Shown piece after piece: positions 9,579 through 18,638 of a stretch of 64,000 bases of DNA; within the stretch, counting starts at the first letter, position 1; each line of letters opens with the position of its first letter. Made by a program: the position numbers and the translations under genes. The stretch spans positions 70,093 to 134,092 of the forward strand of contig JBPOEY010000002.1 in the NCBI GenBank assembly GCA_051251645.1, given 5' to 3'. The notes below the pieces were generated by a model. The model was not told the DNA's origin, searched no databases, and was given only the letters and a program-made list of their open reading frames with translations. The DNA is from Litorimonas sp. Its GTDB lineage: Bacteria; Pseudomonadota; Alphaproteobacteria; Caulobacterales; Maricaulaceae.

Positions 9579-10133
9579 ATGATCTTTATACCGCTGATCC
9601 TTGCTCTCGCCCTCCTCGTCTGGGGCGTTCTGATTTTCAACAAGTTGGTTGGCCTAAGACAGATGGCCCATAATGGCTGGTCAGATATTGAGGTCCAGCT
9701 CAAGCGCCGGGCGGATTTGATCCCGCGTCTGGTTGAAACCGTGAAGGGTTATGCCGCGCATGAGCGCAGTGTTTTCGATGATGTCATTCGCGCGCGCAAC
9801 GCCGCCTTAAACGCCGGCGACGATATTGAGGCGCGAGGCTCCGCCGAAGGCGCGGTCGCGCGCGGGACATCACGGTTGTTTGCGCTGGCGGAAAATTATC
9901 CTGAATTGAAAGCCAACGCGAACTTCCTCGATTTGCAAAATGACCTGTCCGACACGGAAGACACAATCGAAATGGCCCGGCGGTTTTATAATGGCGCTGT
10001 ACGAGAATTGAATACCGCCGTTGAGACTGTGCCGTCTAACCTGATCGCAAAACCCTTTGGGTTTACGAAAAAGCCTTATTTTGAAATTAGCGACGCAGAC
10101 GCCGTTGCGCCAACCATTACGTTCGACACATGA
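9579..10133 (+). CDS. lemA: LemA family protein
   Basis: WSDIEVQLKRRADLIPRLVETVKGY, ENYPELKAN and ARRFYN motifs. Confidence 0.95.
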   Translation: MIFIPLILALALLVWGVLIFNKLVGLRQMAHNGWSDIEVQLKRRADLIPRLVETVKGYAAHERSVFDDVIRARNAALNAGDDIEARGSAEGAVARGTSRLFALAENYPELKANANFLDLQNDLSDTEDTIEMARRFYNGAVRELNTAVETVPSNLIAKPFGFTKKPYFEISDADAVAPTITFDT

Positions 10134-11857
10134 GAGTTCTGCTCGGCCTCATCCTGTCACTGTTCTGGACCGGCTTGTCCTTTGCTCAGGAGCGGATCAG
10201 TAATTTCGACGTCGATATTCAGGTCGAAACATCTGGTGACATTGTCATCACAGAGACCATCGACGTCATCAGCACGGGCGATGCGATTAAACGTGGTATT
10301 TTTCGCGAACTGCCTGTGCGCTATACCTTCATGGGTGTGTCGCAGAGCCGCGACTATGAGCTCCTCAGCCTTGAGCGTGATGGACGCCAGGACATTGTAT
10401 CGACCAGTCGGCGTGGCAATGCCCTTGTCTGGCGTATTGGACAAGCGGACGTCTTTCTCGATCCCGGTCCGCATCAATATGTCATTCGCTACCGTGTCGA
10501 AAATGCCATTCACCGACATGAGGATCGCGACGAGCTTTATTGGAACGCAACAGGCACATATTGGGAGTTTCCGATCGACGCGGCGCGCGCGACGGTGCGC
10601 TTCCCAGACGAGGCCATTGTCACCGACACTTACGCCTATACGGGCCGTTTCGGGAGCAAAGCCAGCAACGCCAATATCGCCATTTCTGGTCCAACCGTCG
10701 CCTTCACAACGAACCAAGCGCTCTCGCGCAAAGCCGGGCTAAACGTCTCTGCGGCGATTGCCCCCGGTGTCATCGCCCCGATGAGCGCAGAACGCAAAAC
10801 ACAGCTTTTTTGGATCCGCTATGGCGCACTCATTATGCTCAGTCTCGGCGGGATTGGCCTGCTGTTTTTCTATTGGCGACAATGGTCACGGGTTGGACGC
10901 GACCCGCAAAAACCACCCGTTTTTGCTCGCTACGTCCCGCCGCAAGACAAGAGCGGCCAAGAGTATAGTCCCGCCGCCGTCCACTATATCCATCACAAAG
11001 GCTTTCGCAGCATGGACGCGCTCTCGGCCATGCTGATGCAGCTCGGCGGGCACGGCGCGCTCGACATTCAAGCCGACAAAAAAGTCACCACCCTCCGCCG
11101 TCTTTCAACCTCGATAGAGGGCGAGGATGCGAAGGCGCTGGTCAAATCCTTGATGGCCGGACGCGACGGCACGCTGGTTCTTGACGGCGACACGGACACG
11201 GCCTTCCATGAGGCGATTTTAAAGTTTCATAAGACGATCGGAAAGAAATACGGACCGAACTATTATCGCTATAATTTAGGCTGGGCGGCGATCGGTTTTC
11301 TCGCCAGTCTTGCGCTCGCATCTTTCGTCATTTTCTCCCCTGTCGCGAAAAATAGTCTGCCCGTCCTCGCCCTCTTCCTCGGGCTGATTGGGATGAACCT
11401 CCTCTTTGTCTTCCTGCTCCCCGCGCCGACGCGTTATGGCGCGCAAATCAGTTCAGAAATCGACGGCTTCAAGCTTTACCTCGAAACGGCAGAGGAAAAA
11501 CGGATCAACACCGCCGACCCTCTCAGCGACCGCCCGCCTGCCATGACGGTCGACCTTTATGAGCGCTTCTTGCCCTATGCGATGGCGCTGGGCGTTGAGA
11601 AACCGTGGACCAAACAGTTTGAAACCTCCATGCCGATTGAGGCCAAAGACTACCGCCCCAGTTACGCCCACGGTAACGCGCTGCGAGCCGGCCGTAGCCC
11701 CGTTAATTTCAGTCGCGCCCTCAACAAAACGCTGACGTCAGGTGTCGCCGCCGCCGCGCCCGTGAGCCAATCCAGTGGCAGCGGGTTTAGTTCCGGGTCC
11801 GGAGGCGGCGGATTCTCTGGCGGCGGGGGCGGGGGTGGAGGCGGCGGGGGTTGGTAA
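10130..11857 (+). CDS. DUF2207 family membrane protein
   Basis: DELYWNATG, LYERFLPYAMALGVEKPW and poly-Gly-W C-terminus; coupled to lemA. Confidence 0.9.
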   Translation: MRVLLGLILSLFWTGLSFAQERISNFDVDIQVETSGDIVITETIDVISTGDAIKRGIFRELPVRYTFMGVSQSRDYELLSLERDGRQDIVSTSRRGNALVWRIGQADVFLDPGPHQYVIRYRVENAIHRHEDRDELYWNATGTYWEFPIDAARATVRFPDEAIVTDTYAYTGRFGSKASNANIAISGPTVAFTTNQALSRKAGLNVSAAIAPGVIAPMSAERKTQLFWIRYGALIMLSLGGIGLLFFYWRQWSRVGRDPQKPPVFARYVPPQDKSGQEYSPAAVHYIHHKGFRSMDALSAMLMQLGGHGALDIQADKKVTTLRRLSTSIEGEDAKALVKSLMAGRDGTLVLDGDTDTAFHEAILKFHKTIGKKYGPNYYRYNLGWAAIGFLASLALASFVIFSPVAKNSLPVLALFLGLIGMNLLFVFLLPAPTRYGAQISSEIDGFKLYLETAEEKRINTADPLSDRPPAMTVDLYERFLPYAMALGVEKPWTKQFETSMPIEAKDYRPSYAHGNALRAGRSPVNFSRALNKTLTSGVAAAAPVSQSSGSGFSSGSGGGGFSGGGGGGGGGGGW

Positions 11858-11859
11858 GC

Positions 11860-13203
11860 CTACCCCTTCACCGTCTTCCGCGTCGCCTTTGGCGCATCAC
11901 TCACCCGCACTTTCGGCGCCTCGTGGACAACCCGTTGCGGGAATGGGATTTCGATATTGTTGGCTTTGAGCGTGCGCCAGATGATGAAACCGACGTCGGA
12001 GGCGAATTTATTCGGGCCGTCATCGACGCCTTCGCACCAGAACTCGACACACATATTGATCGAACTATCGCCAAAGCTGCGGAATTCGACGCTCGGTTCA
12101 TCCGGCTCCGCCAGCACGTCTTTATGGTCTAACACCGCGTCACGGATCAGGGGTACGAGCGCGTCAAGGTCCGTGTCGTAAGAGACCCCAAAATCAACCT
12201 CATAACGTTGCAAGGGACTATCGTGCGTCCAGTTTTCATAGCTATTTTCTGTGAAGTCCGTGTTGGGCACGATGATGTCTTTGCCGTCCGCGGTTGAGAC
12301 TGTTGTTGAGCGCATATTGATCGATTTGATCCGGCCGAAAACGTCGCCTTCTAACATGACAAAGTCGCCGACCTTCACCGAGCGGTCGAGCAGAATGATT
12401 AAGCCTGAAACGAAATTCGCCGCGATCGGCTGTAAGCCCAGCCCAATCCCGAGCGACAGCGCGGAGAAGACCACGATAAGACCCGACGTCGCAATACCCG
12501 CCGTATTAATGACCAAGAACGCGACAAAGACGAACAAGATGATTTGGAATAATTTGGCGAGGATTTCCCGCACACCAATATCGAGGCTTTCTTGCGCCCG
12601 AATGACGGTCTGTCCACGTTTATTGCCGAGCGAGCCGAGCCAAAAAAATAAGGTTCCGAACACGGCCAGTTTGGCAATTGTCAGCGCCGTTATCGGGTTT
12701 GACCCCATCGGAATCAGAATAGTATTGCCCAGAAAGGTCGTAAATTCGGTCCAATATCCGAGCACGAAAATGAGCGAGAGCGGGACGAGTATGTAGGTTG
12801 CAATTTTGCGATAGAGCGGGTCGTCAAGGAAGACAGTGATCGCCCGGTAAACGACAAAGACGGTCGCAAGGCTCTGTGCGATTTTAACGAACCAGTCTTC
12901 GCCAAACCCCGCCATGCCGCGCAGGGCCGTCGCGGCCAAGGCCAATAAAGCGACGAGCAGGATCGCGCGCAAAAACTGTCCCGCCCGGAAGATGATCTGA
13001 CGAAACTTAAGCGCATTTGCGTCCGCTGCAGGCGCGGCGCGGAGCACCGGCATCTGTTTACGAAGAATACGCGCCAGGATCGGCGCAACAACGATCGCTA
13101 CAGCAACCGCAACGAGCTGCGCCAAAAATGGCGGGCTTTGTAACCAGACCCATAATTGGTCCAGCCACTCTTGCGCACGCTGCGTTAAAAGTTCGAAATC
13201 CAT
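11860..13203 (-). CDS. Small-conductance mechanosensitive channel (MscS family)
   Basis: GIGLGLQPIAANFVSGLIILLDRSVKVGD, IIVPN and IEIPFPQRVVH motifs. Confidence 0.93.
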   Translation of the reverse strand: MDFELLTQRAQEWLDQLWVWLQSPPFLAQLVAVAVAIVVAPILARILRKQMPVLRAAPAADANALKFRQIIFRAGQFLRAILLVALLALAATALRGMAGFGEDWFVKIAQSLATVFVVYRAITVFLDDPLYRKIATYILVPLSLIFVLGYWTEFTTFLGNTILIPMGSNPITALTIAKLAVFGTLFFWLGSLGNKRGQTVIRAQESLDIGVREILAKLFQIILFVFVAFLVINTAGIATSGLIVVFSALSLGIGLGLQPIAANFVSGLIILLDRSVKVGDFVMLEGDVFGRIKSINMRSTTVSTADGKDIIVPNTDFTENSYENWTHDSPLQRYEVDFGVSYDTDLDALVPLIRDAVLDHKDVLAEPDEPSVEFRSFGDSSINMCVEFWCEGVDDGPNKFASDVGFIIWRTLKANNIEIPFPQRVVHEAPKVRVSDAPKATRKTVKG

Positions 13204-13339
13204 GATCGGAACATCCCTGTTTGATGATCAGACGCCGCTATGGCGCGCGTGACCCGAGTTCGCAAGTTTCAGGTCACGGGCATTTGTCAATTCCGCCAAT
13301 AAGTGCAAATGACCTAACAACACGCAATCGAGGCTTTTT

Positions 13340-13681
13340 ATGAAACGTTTCACCCTTCTCCTGTTTGCGATCCTGCTGGGATCAGCGGTGCCCGCCTTTG
13401 GCGGCGAGGTCACGCGCGAAAATGCTAGCGCCAAGTTCGAATGGAAAAGCACCGAATGCCAGCGCCCGTCCCGCCCCTATCCGCAAAAAAACGACCCGAC
13501 GCGACAGGCGCAGATGCAGAATTTTACGCTGAAAGTGGCCTATTATCTCGACTGCCTCAAAGGTGAAGCCCAACGTGATTTCGATCGCGCGCAAGTCGAA
13601 ATGCACGAAGCCATTCAACGCAAGCTGCAAGCGGAAACGGATAAGATGAACGACGATGTCGTACGAATGGTGAAGCAATGA
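13340..13681 (+). CDS. Secreted hypothetical protein
   Basis: GAGG RBS, signal peptide (SAVPAFG), two Cys; followed by a perfect hairpin. Confidence 0.75.
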   Translation: MKRFTLLLFAILLGSAVPAFGGEVTRENASAKFEWKSTECQRPSRPYPQKNDPTRQAQMQNFTLKVAYYLDCLKGEAQRDFDRAQVEMHEAIQRKLQAETDKMNDDVVRMVKQ

Positions 13682-13685
13682 CGCA

Positions 13686-13712
13686 GCCTTTTGATCCGGG
13701 GGATCAAAAGGC
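13686..13712. terminator. Perfect 12-bp hairpin (terminator-like)
   Basis: GCCTTTTGATCC-GGG-GGATCAAAAGGC immediately after a stop codon; no clear U-run on either strand. Confidence 0.55.
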
Positions 13713-14110
13713 AAGGAACCGAGAGCGCAGCGAACGGCTCCAATCTCAAGACATAGGGATATGTCCTACCGCCCATCGCGGGGTCGGCAAACAACGTTTC
13801 GTGATCAAAGTGACACGAGCGCGGGCGCTACCCTGTGACGGATAGAGAATTGAGATACCGATTTACACAGGGTCGAACCCGCGCGATTAGTAGGCGCACC
13901 CGATCAAAAACGCTGTGCCCCGACGGCCCGCTATGAGCTCACGCCGGTGACGATGAGACGGGACACAGGACTTTCGATCCCACACCCGCCAACCGCCCGA
14001 TGTCGCGAAGGCGCACGGCGACGAGGTGTAAATCTCGCCGTTAATCCGCTCGTTCTCATCCGCTAATCGTCATCAGTCGTTCCGCCGGATGGAACCATGC
14101 GCGCCGCATT
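13713..14110 (-). ncRNA. Candidate large structured non-coding RNA (unassigned)
   Basis: No ORF of 60 aa or more covers 13715-14088. Many stems use G-U pairs valid only on the minus strand, with a GAAA tetraloop and two crossing long-range pairings (see findings). Confidence 0.5.
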
Positions 14111-14285
14111 ACCTCGCCCATCGTCCAGCCCACCAAACCCCCGCCAGCCTGAGAATAATGCCTCTCTCGTGTCCGAAGCGGGTGAGGCTAACAGACCACG
14201 GTTTCGGTAAGCGGGGATGGGGTTGTGGGAAATGTGATGGGGGATGGGATTTGCGAGGGGTGTTAGCGGGAATGGATTTTTCTAT

Positions 14286-14399
14286 TTGTCATCCCGACCT
14301 AGCGCAGCGCAGAATCGCGACCTTACAGCTGTGAACCTCGCTCGCTGGATCACGCAACTGACAGGTCCCGGATCGCCAAAGGGGCGTCCGGGATGACAA
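14286..14399. repeat. REP/MITE-like element with GTCATCCCG termini
   Basis: Perfect 11-bp terminal inverted repeat TTGTCATCCCG...CGGGATGACAA downstream of nadA. Confidence 0.75.
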
Positions 14400-14499
14400 C
14401 GAGAGGTTTGATGGAGTGTTTACCTTGCCCGCCTAGACGTAAGGTGTGGCGGAGGGCGCAAATAAAATAGCCGGAATTTAACGTTCAAGCCTCACGCTG

Positions 14500-15672
14500 C
14501 TAGATCACTTTTACGTCTTTGATCGGGCTGTCCGGATCGAAGTGTCCTTTTTCCTTATCAAACTTCACATTGATCATGCGCATGACGGCGTCATAGGCTT
14601 GGGCGCGCATGGGTTCGGGCACGAGCACTTCATTGGTCCCGTCGCGCAAACACTCATAGAGGTTTTCCAGCGTGATCCGTTTCATATGCGGGCAAAGATT
14701 ACACGGGCGAACGAAATCAACGGTTGGGTTGGCCATGGCGACATTGTCAGACATGGAACATTCGGTCAGCAGGATGACTTTGCCCGGGCTGTGATCCCCG
14801 ACATAATCACTCATCGCTTTGGTGGAGCCTGTAAAGTCAGATTCTTCGACCACTTCAGGTGGGCATTCGGGGTGGGCCAGCACAACCACGCCCGGATTGG
14901 CCGCGCGCATGTCGCGCACATCTTGGGCCGAGAAACGCGCATGCACTTCACAGCGGCCATGCCACGCAATGATCTCAATATCGGTCTGACGCGCGACGTT
15001 TTTCGCGAGGAATTCATCCGGCAGCATGATGACTTTATCGACGCCCCATTCGGCGGCGATATGTTCGACAATGGCGACCGCATTTGAGCTGGTACAGCAA
15101 ATGTCGGACTCCGCTTTTACGTCCGCCGATGTGTTGACATAGGTCACGATTGGAATGCCGGGATAGCGTTGCTTGATTAATTGCACATCCGCGCCCGTGA
15201 TCGAGCTGGCGAGCGAACAGCCCGCGCGCATGGACGGAATATAGACGCGTTTATCCGGACAGAGAATTTTAGACGTCTCGGCCATGAAATGCACGCCGCC
15301 CTGAATAATGACGGTGGCGTCAGTTTTCGTCGCTTCAATCGCGAGACCAAGGCTATCGCCCACATAATCGCCTACCAGCGCAAAAATATCGGGCGTCATA
15401 TAATTATGGGCGAGAACAACCGCGTTCTTCTCGACCTTCAGTTGATTGATCGCATGGACGAGCGGCGCATAGGCCGGCCATTCAAACTCAGGAATAAAAT
15501 TGGACACTTGTGCGTAGAGGTGGTCCGTCGCGGCTTTGACCTCGTCCGTATAAGGCAAGTCCTTGGGATATCCGTCCAAGTCTTTGCCCGGCACGGCACA
15601 GACGCCGTTTTCGACTTCCAGCGTCTGGCCAATCCAGCGACCATTTTCCCAATTGAGAAGCTCTTTACCCAT
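14500..15672 (-). CDS. nadA: Quinolinate synthase
   Basis: LAHNYMTP, GVHFMAET, GCSLA, YVNTSA, DICCTSSNA, AHPECP, TECSM and CPHMK motifs. Confidence 0.97.
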   Translation of the reverse strand: MGKELLNWENGRWIGQTLEVENGVCAVPGKDLDGYPKDLPYTDEVKAATDHLYAQVSNFIPEFEWPAYAPLVHAINQLKVEKNAVVLAHNYMTPDIFALVGDYVGDSLGLAIEATKTDATVIIQGGVHFMAETSKILCPDKRVYIPSMRAGCSLASSITGADVQLIKQRYPGIPIVTYVNTSADVKAESDICCTSSNAVAIVEHIAAEWGVDKVIMLPDEFLAKNVARQTDIEIIAWHGRCEVHARFSAQDVRDMRAANPGVVVLAHPECPPEVVEESDFTGSTKAMSDYVGDHSPGKVILLTECSMSDNVAMANPTVDFVRPCNLCPHMKRITLENLYECLRDGTNEVLVPEPMRAQAYDAVMRMINVKFDKEKGHFDPDSPIKDVKVI

Positions 15673-15723
15673 GATTGTCCTTCTATGACGCCAAGCGCGG
15701 TGTCAGCCTTAATATAGGGGCGG

Positions 15724-16014
15724 TTAGCCGAACACAAAAGGAATCGCGAGGAGCAAAGCCCCGCAGAGGAGCCCGCCGGCAATAGTCATATCCGAAAGTT
15801 TCGAGGCGGGCATCGGCTTGCGACGGTCAATGATGCGCCCGATAAAGCCGAACACACAGGCTGCGCCCGCGCCAATCAGCGCCCAAAACGGCAAAGCAAC
15901 ATTGGCAAACCCTTCGGATGGGACGTCATTGATGCGCAACATATAGAGCTCGATCAGCGAAGACACGCTGATCAACAGGCCAATTATGGCTAAAATATTG
16001 ATGACAAGGCGCAT
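15724..16014 (-). CDS. Small three-helix membrane protein
   Basis: Three hydrophobic stretches; probable start ATG 16014. Confidence 0.65.
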   Translation of the reverse strand: MRLVINILAIIGLLISVSSLIELYMLRINDVPSEGFANVALPFWALIGAGAACVFGFIGRIIDRRKPMPASKLSDMTIAGGLLCGALLLAIPFVFG

Positions 16015-16128
16015 AGGTTTCTCCCGAGTTGGAACGGTCGTGACCTGCGCCAAGCGCGGCGTCAAGGCGCAGATAATTGCCGCGCCTAACAGTAGCGTTG
16101 AGCGCTTTGCCCCGCTAGAACGCCGTCC

Positions 16129-16653
16129 ATGTTTAAGACAGCCCTATACCATCTTTTCGTGCCGTCCGGACGGACAGACCGAAAAACTTTTTGGATCACC
16201 CTCGCCGCTTTTTCTGCTCTTGTGGTGGCGTTCAAAGCGGGTCTCTTTATGAATGACACGGCGGGCGTCGTCTATTTCTGGGGCTTTCTCATTTGGATGA
16301 CGATGTTATTTTGCGGAACGTTTGCCGTTTATGGGAAGCGGCTGAAGGATTTCGGGCGGTCTATCACGCCAATTTTCGGCGTTTTAACGCTCTGGATTAT
16401 CGTAATTTTTGTCTTCGGTATTTTGAACGGGGCGGGCGATTATCTGACCGAATTCTCTCAATATGAACGCAAAGCGATGATCGATGAAGCGGTGAAAGAC
16501 GAACTCAACGCCGCCTATCAAGACGATTTAGCAGGGACGCCGCTGCTGCTGATGAACGTGATTTTATGGGGAATTCTCGCCGCCTTCACCGCATGGGTTG
16601 GGTTCACACCGGGCGATGAGGGCGATAACCGCTATGGCTCGCCGCCCCGCTAA
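16129..16653 (+). CDS. DUF805 family membrane protein
   Basis: GRTDRKTFW, KRLKDFGRS and PGDEGDNRYG motifs. Confidence 0.85.
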   Translation: MFKTALYHLFVPSGRTDRKTFWITLAAFSALVVAFKAGLFMNDTAGVVYFWGFLIWMTMLFCGTFAVYGKRLKDFGRSITPIFGVLTLWIIVIFVFGILNGAGDYLTEFSQYERKAMIDEAVKDELNAAYQDDLAGTPLLLMNVILWGILAAFTAWVGFTPGDEGDNRYGSPPR

Positions 16654-16737
16654 CGTATTTCATAAGGCTTCGAATTTCCTTGCAATTCATGCAGAATTCG
16701 CAGAATTTAGGGATAAATAATCAGAGGGACTGAGACT

Positions 16738-17244
16738 ATGGGTAATTTACTATTTTCGCCGAGTGGCCGCATTGGGCCAAGTGCCTATATGAAGGGCATG
16801 ATTGTTTTGGCGGTCATCAGCGCCATTATTAGCATCGTGCCACTGTTCAGCCCCGGGCTGGCCATGATATTGGGCATTTTGTCTCTTCTCTTGATCGTTC
16901 CGTTTATCTTTCTAGGCATTAAGCGCAGCCATGACGCCGGTAAATCCGGATGGATGGTGTTGACGCACCTTCTGCTGGTCATTGGTGTCAGCGTTGCGAT
17001 CACCTTTATTCTGCAAGCTTTGGGCATGGGTCCATCCCCCGAAATGGAAGCGGCCGTTGCGGCGGCTGGCGAAACCGGCGATCTTGGTGAGGTCATGCGA
17101 TTGACCGGAGAGTTGGCCAAAGAGACAGCGATTCCTTCTGCAATTTCAAGTCTCGTCGGCACGTTGATCAGCGCTTTTTTGATCAATATGTTCAACAAGC
17201 AAGACGCGGGCGACAATCAGTACGGACCCATCCCGGTCGCTTAG
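16738..17244 (+). CDS. DUF805 family membrane protein (tandem paralogue)
   Basis: LFSPSGRIG, KRSHDAGKSGW and GDNQYGP motifs. Confidence 0.88.
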   Translation: MGNLLFSPSGRIGPSAYMKGMIVLAVISAIISIVPLFSPGLAMILGILSLLLIVPFIFLGIKRSHDAGKSGWMVLTHLLLVIGVSVAITFILQALGMGPSPEMEAAVAAAGETGDLGEVMRLTGELAKETAIPSAISSLVGTLISAFLINMFNKQDAGDNQYGPIPVA

Positions 17245-17267
17245 TCAAAGCTGACAAACGCAATTTT

Positions 17268-17295
17268 AAAGCCCGTCGACCCGGCGGGCTTTTTT
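17268..17295. terminator. Bidirectional intrinsic terminator
   Basis: AAAGCCCG...CGGGCTTTTTT between the convergent DUF805 gene and lipB. Confidence 0.8.
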
Positions 17296-17300
17296 ATGGA

Positions 17301-17942
17301 TTACGCCAGCGGGCCAAACAATCGGGTGAAATTGCGCGCCAAGGCGGCGTCAACCTCCGCCATCGTGGCGTCCACGCCCAAATCGGCCAGCGACGTCACG
17401 CCATGCTCCGTAATCCCGCACGGCACGATCCCGCTAAAATGTGACAAGTCCGGCGCGACATTGATCGACAGGCCGTGGAAGCTGACCCAGCGGCGGATAC
17501 GAATGCCAATGGCCGCGATCTTCGCCTCCACAACACCCCCTTGGCCATCAGGTTTTACAACCCACACACCGATCCGGCCCGTGCGACGTTCGCCGCTCAC
17601 CCCTAAGTCTGCCAGCGTATCAATGACCAACTGCTCAACACCGGAGACAAAGCAGCGCACATCGCGCCCCCGTGTGCGTAGATCGAGCATCAGGTAGCCC
17701 ACGCGTTGGCCCGGGCCATGATAGGTATATTGCCCGCCGCGCCCGGCGTTAAAGACATCAAACCGGTCTGGGTCGACCAGATCCGCCGGATCCGCGCTCG
17801 TCCCGGCTGTGTAGAGCGGTGGATGCTCTAACAGCCAAATTTGCTCGCGCGCCTCACCCGCCGCGATCGCGGCTGCGCGGGCTTCCATATGCGCCAGCGC
17901 CGTCTTGTAGGGCACATGCGCAGGGGCCTGCATCCATTCCAC
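17301..17942 (-). CDS. lipB: Octanoyltransferase
   Basis: [36 protein letters not shown] and IVPCGI motifs. Start uncertain: the ORF-track start at 18089 overlaps the upstream gene. Confidence 0.95.
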   Translation of the reverse strand: MEWMQAPAHVPYKTALAHMEARAAAIAAGEAREQIWLLEHPPLYTAGTSADPADLVDPDRFDVFNAGRGGQYTYHGPGQRVGYLMLDLRTRGRDVRCFVSGVEQLVIDTLADLGVSGERRTGRIGVWVVKPDGQGGVVEAKIAAIGIRIRRWVSFHGLSINVAPDLSHFSGIVPCGITEHGVTSLADLGVDATMAEVDAALARNFTRLFGPLA

Positions 17943-17994
17943 GGGATCATCCGTTCGCAGTGCTGCCAGCCCCGCCCCGGCCTTAGCCGCAAGT

Positions 17995-18423
17995 TTATTG
18001 TTGTTGGCCAAGATCGTCCAAGACTGTGCGCAACACATCTGCTGCTTCGGGGTGATCGTTGTAAATTCGCTGGATTTCGGTCGCAACACGCCGCTGGGTC
18101 TCGACCAGTTTCGGTGCCCGGGACGCCATCGCTGTCATGTCTGAAAAGCTCGGGCTCTCCATCGTCTCCATTTTCGCAAACAACGCCTGATATTCTTCGA
18201 CCATCTTTTCAATCGCGGGGCGGACCTGCTCAGCCGTCTCAGAACTATCAACGCGCGCGAGCATTTCGCCGAGCGTGTTGCCGTCATCAATCAATTGATC
18301 CGCGACGTTAGGCAAGTTCGTTTCCGACACAGTCGTCGCGGTTGAGAGGTCTGCGTCAGGATCGGACCCGCCATTACACGCCACAAGCAAGGGCAGAAGG
18401 GAGAGAGCAAGGAGATGTTTCAT
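17995..18423 (-). CDS. Lipoprotein, unknown function
   Basis: [16 protein letters not shown] lipobox; predicted helical body. Confidence 0.8.
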   Translation of the reverse strand: MKHLLALSLLPLLVACNGGSDPDADLSTATTVSETNLPNVADQLIDDGNTLGEMLARVDSSETAEQVRPAIEKMVEEYQALFAKMETMESPSFSDMTAMASRAPKLVETQRRVATEIQRIYNDHPEAADVLRTVLDDLGQQQ

Positions 18424-18638
18424 AAAGAGCAAGTAAGACCCGCGCCCTGTTCTGACAAGTCCGAGACCGTGCGCCGCAGCGGTCTATCGAATGTGGCGGC
18501 TAGCATAAGGATCGGTGCAACGACACTGGATGGGCGTTGCGGTCCATCACAGCGGCATCTGACAGTAGCCACCGAGCGATAAATCCACTGTTTATAGGGA
18601 CATTTTTGTTAAATTCGAGCCTCTGGGACGATTGTGGC

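Noticed and set aside
11800-11857. Poly-Gly/G-run tract
   Set aside because: Normal C-terminus of DUF2207 proteins.
13715-13740. Group II intron call from the GAGCCG...CGGTTC domain-V-like stem
   Set aside because: It lacks the canonical bulge, upper stem and GNRA loop, and there is no clear domain VI or RT ORF. Kept only as a hypothesis.
13689-13909. GATCAAA recurring at 13702, 13803 and 13902 (~100-bp spacing)
   Set aside because: A 7-mer with no similarity between the intervals; not an array or CRISPR.
13960-13985. RNase P-like GAAAGTCC
   Set aside because: The GAGGAAAGTCC context and other conserved RNase P regions are absent.
14060-14080. Hammerhead core CTGATGA on the minus strand
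   Set aside because: No GAAA follows a closing stem II.
18480-18580. Hairpins upstream of the tRNA (GCAACG/CGTTGC)
   Set aside because: Short stems expected at this GC content; no further support.
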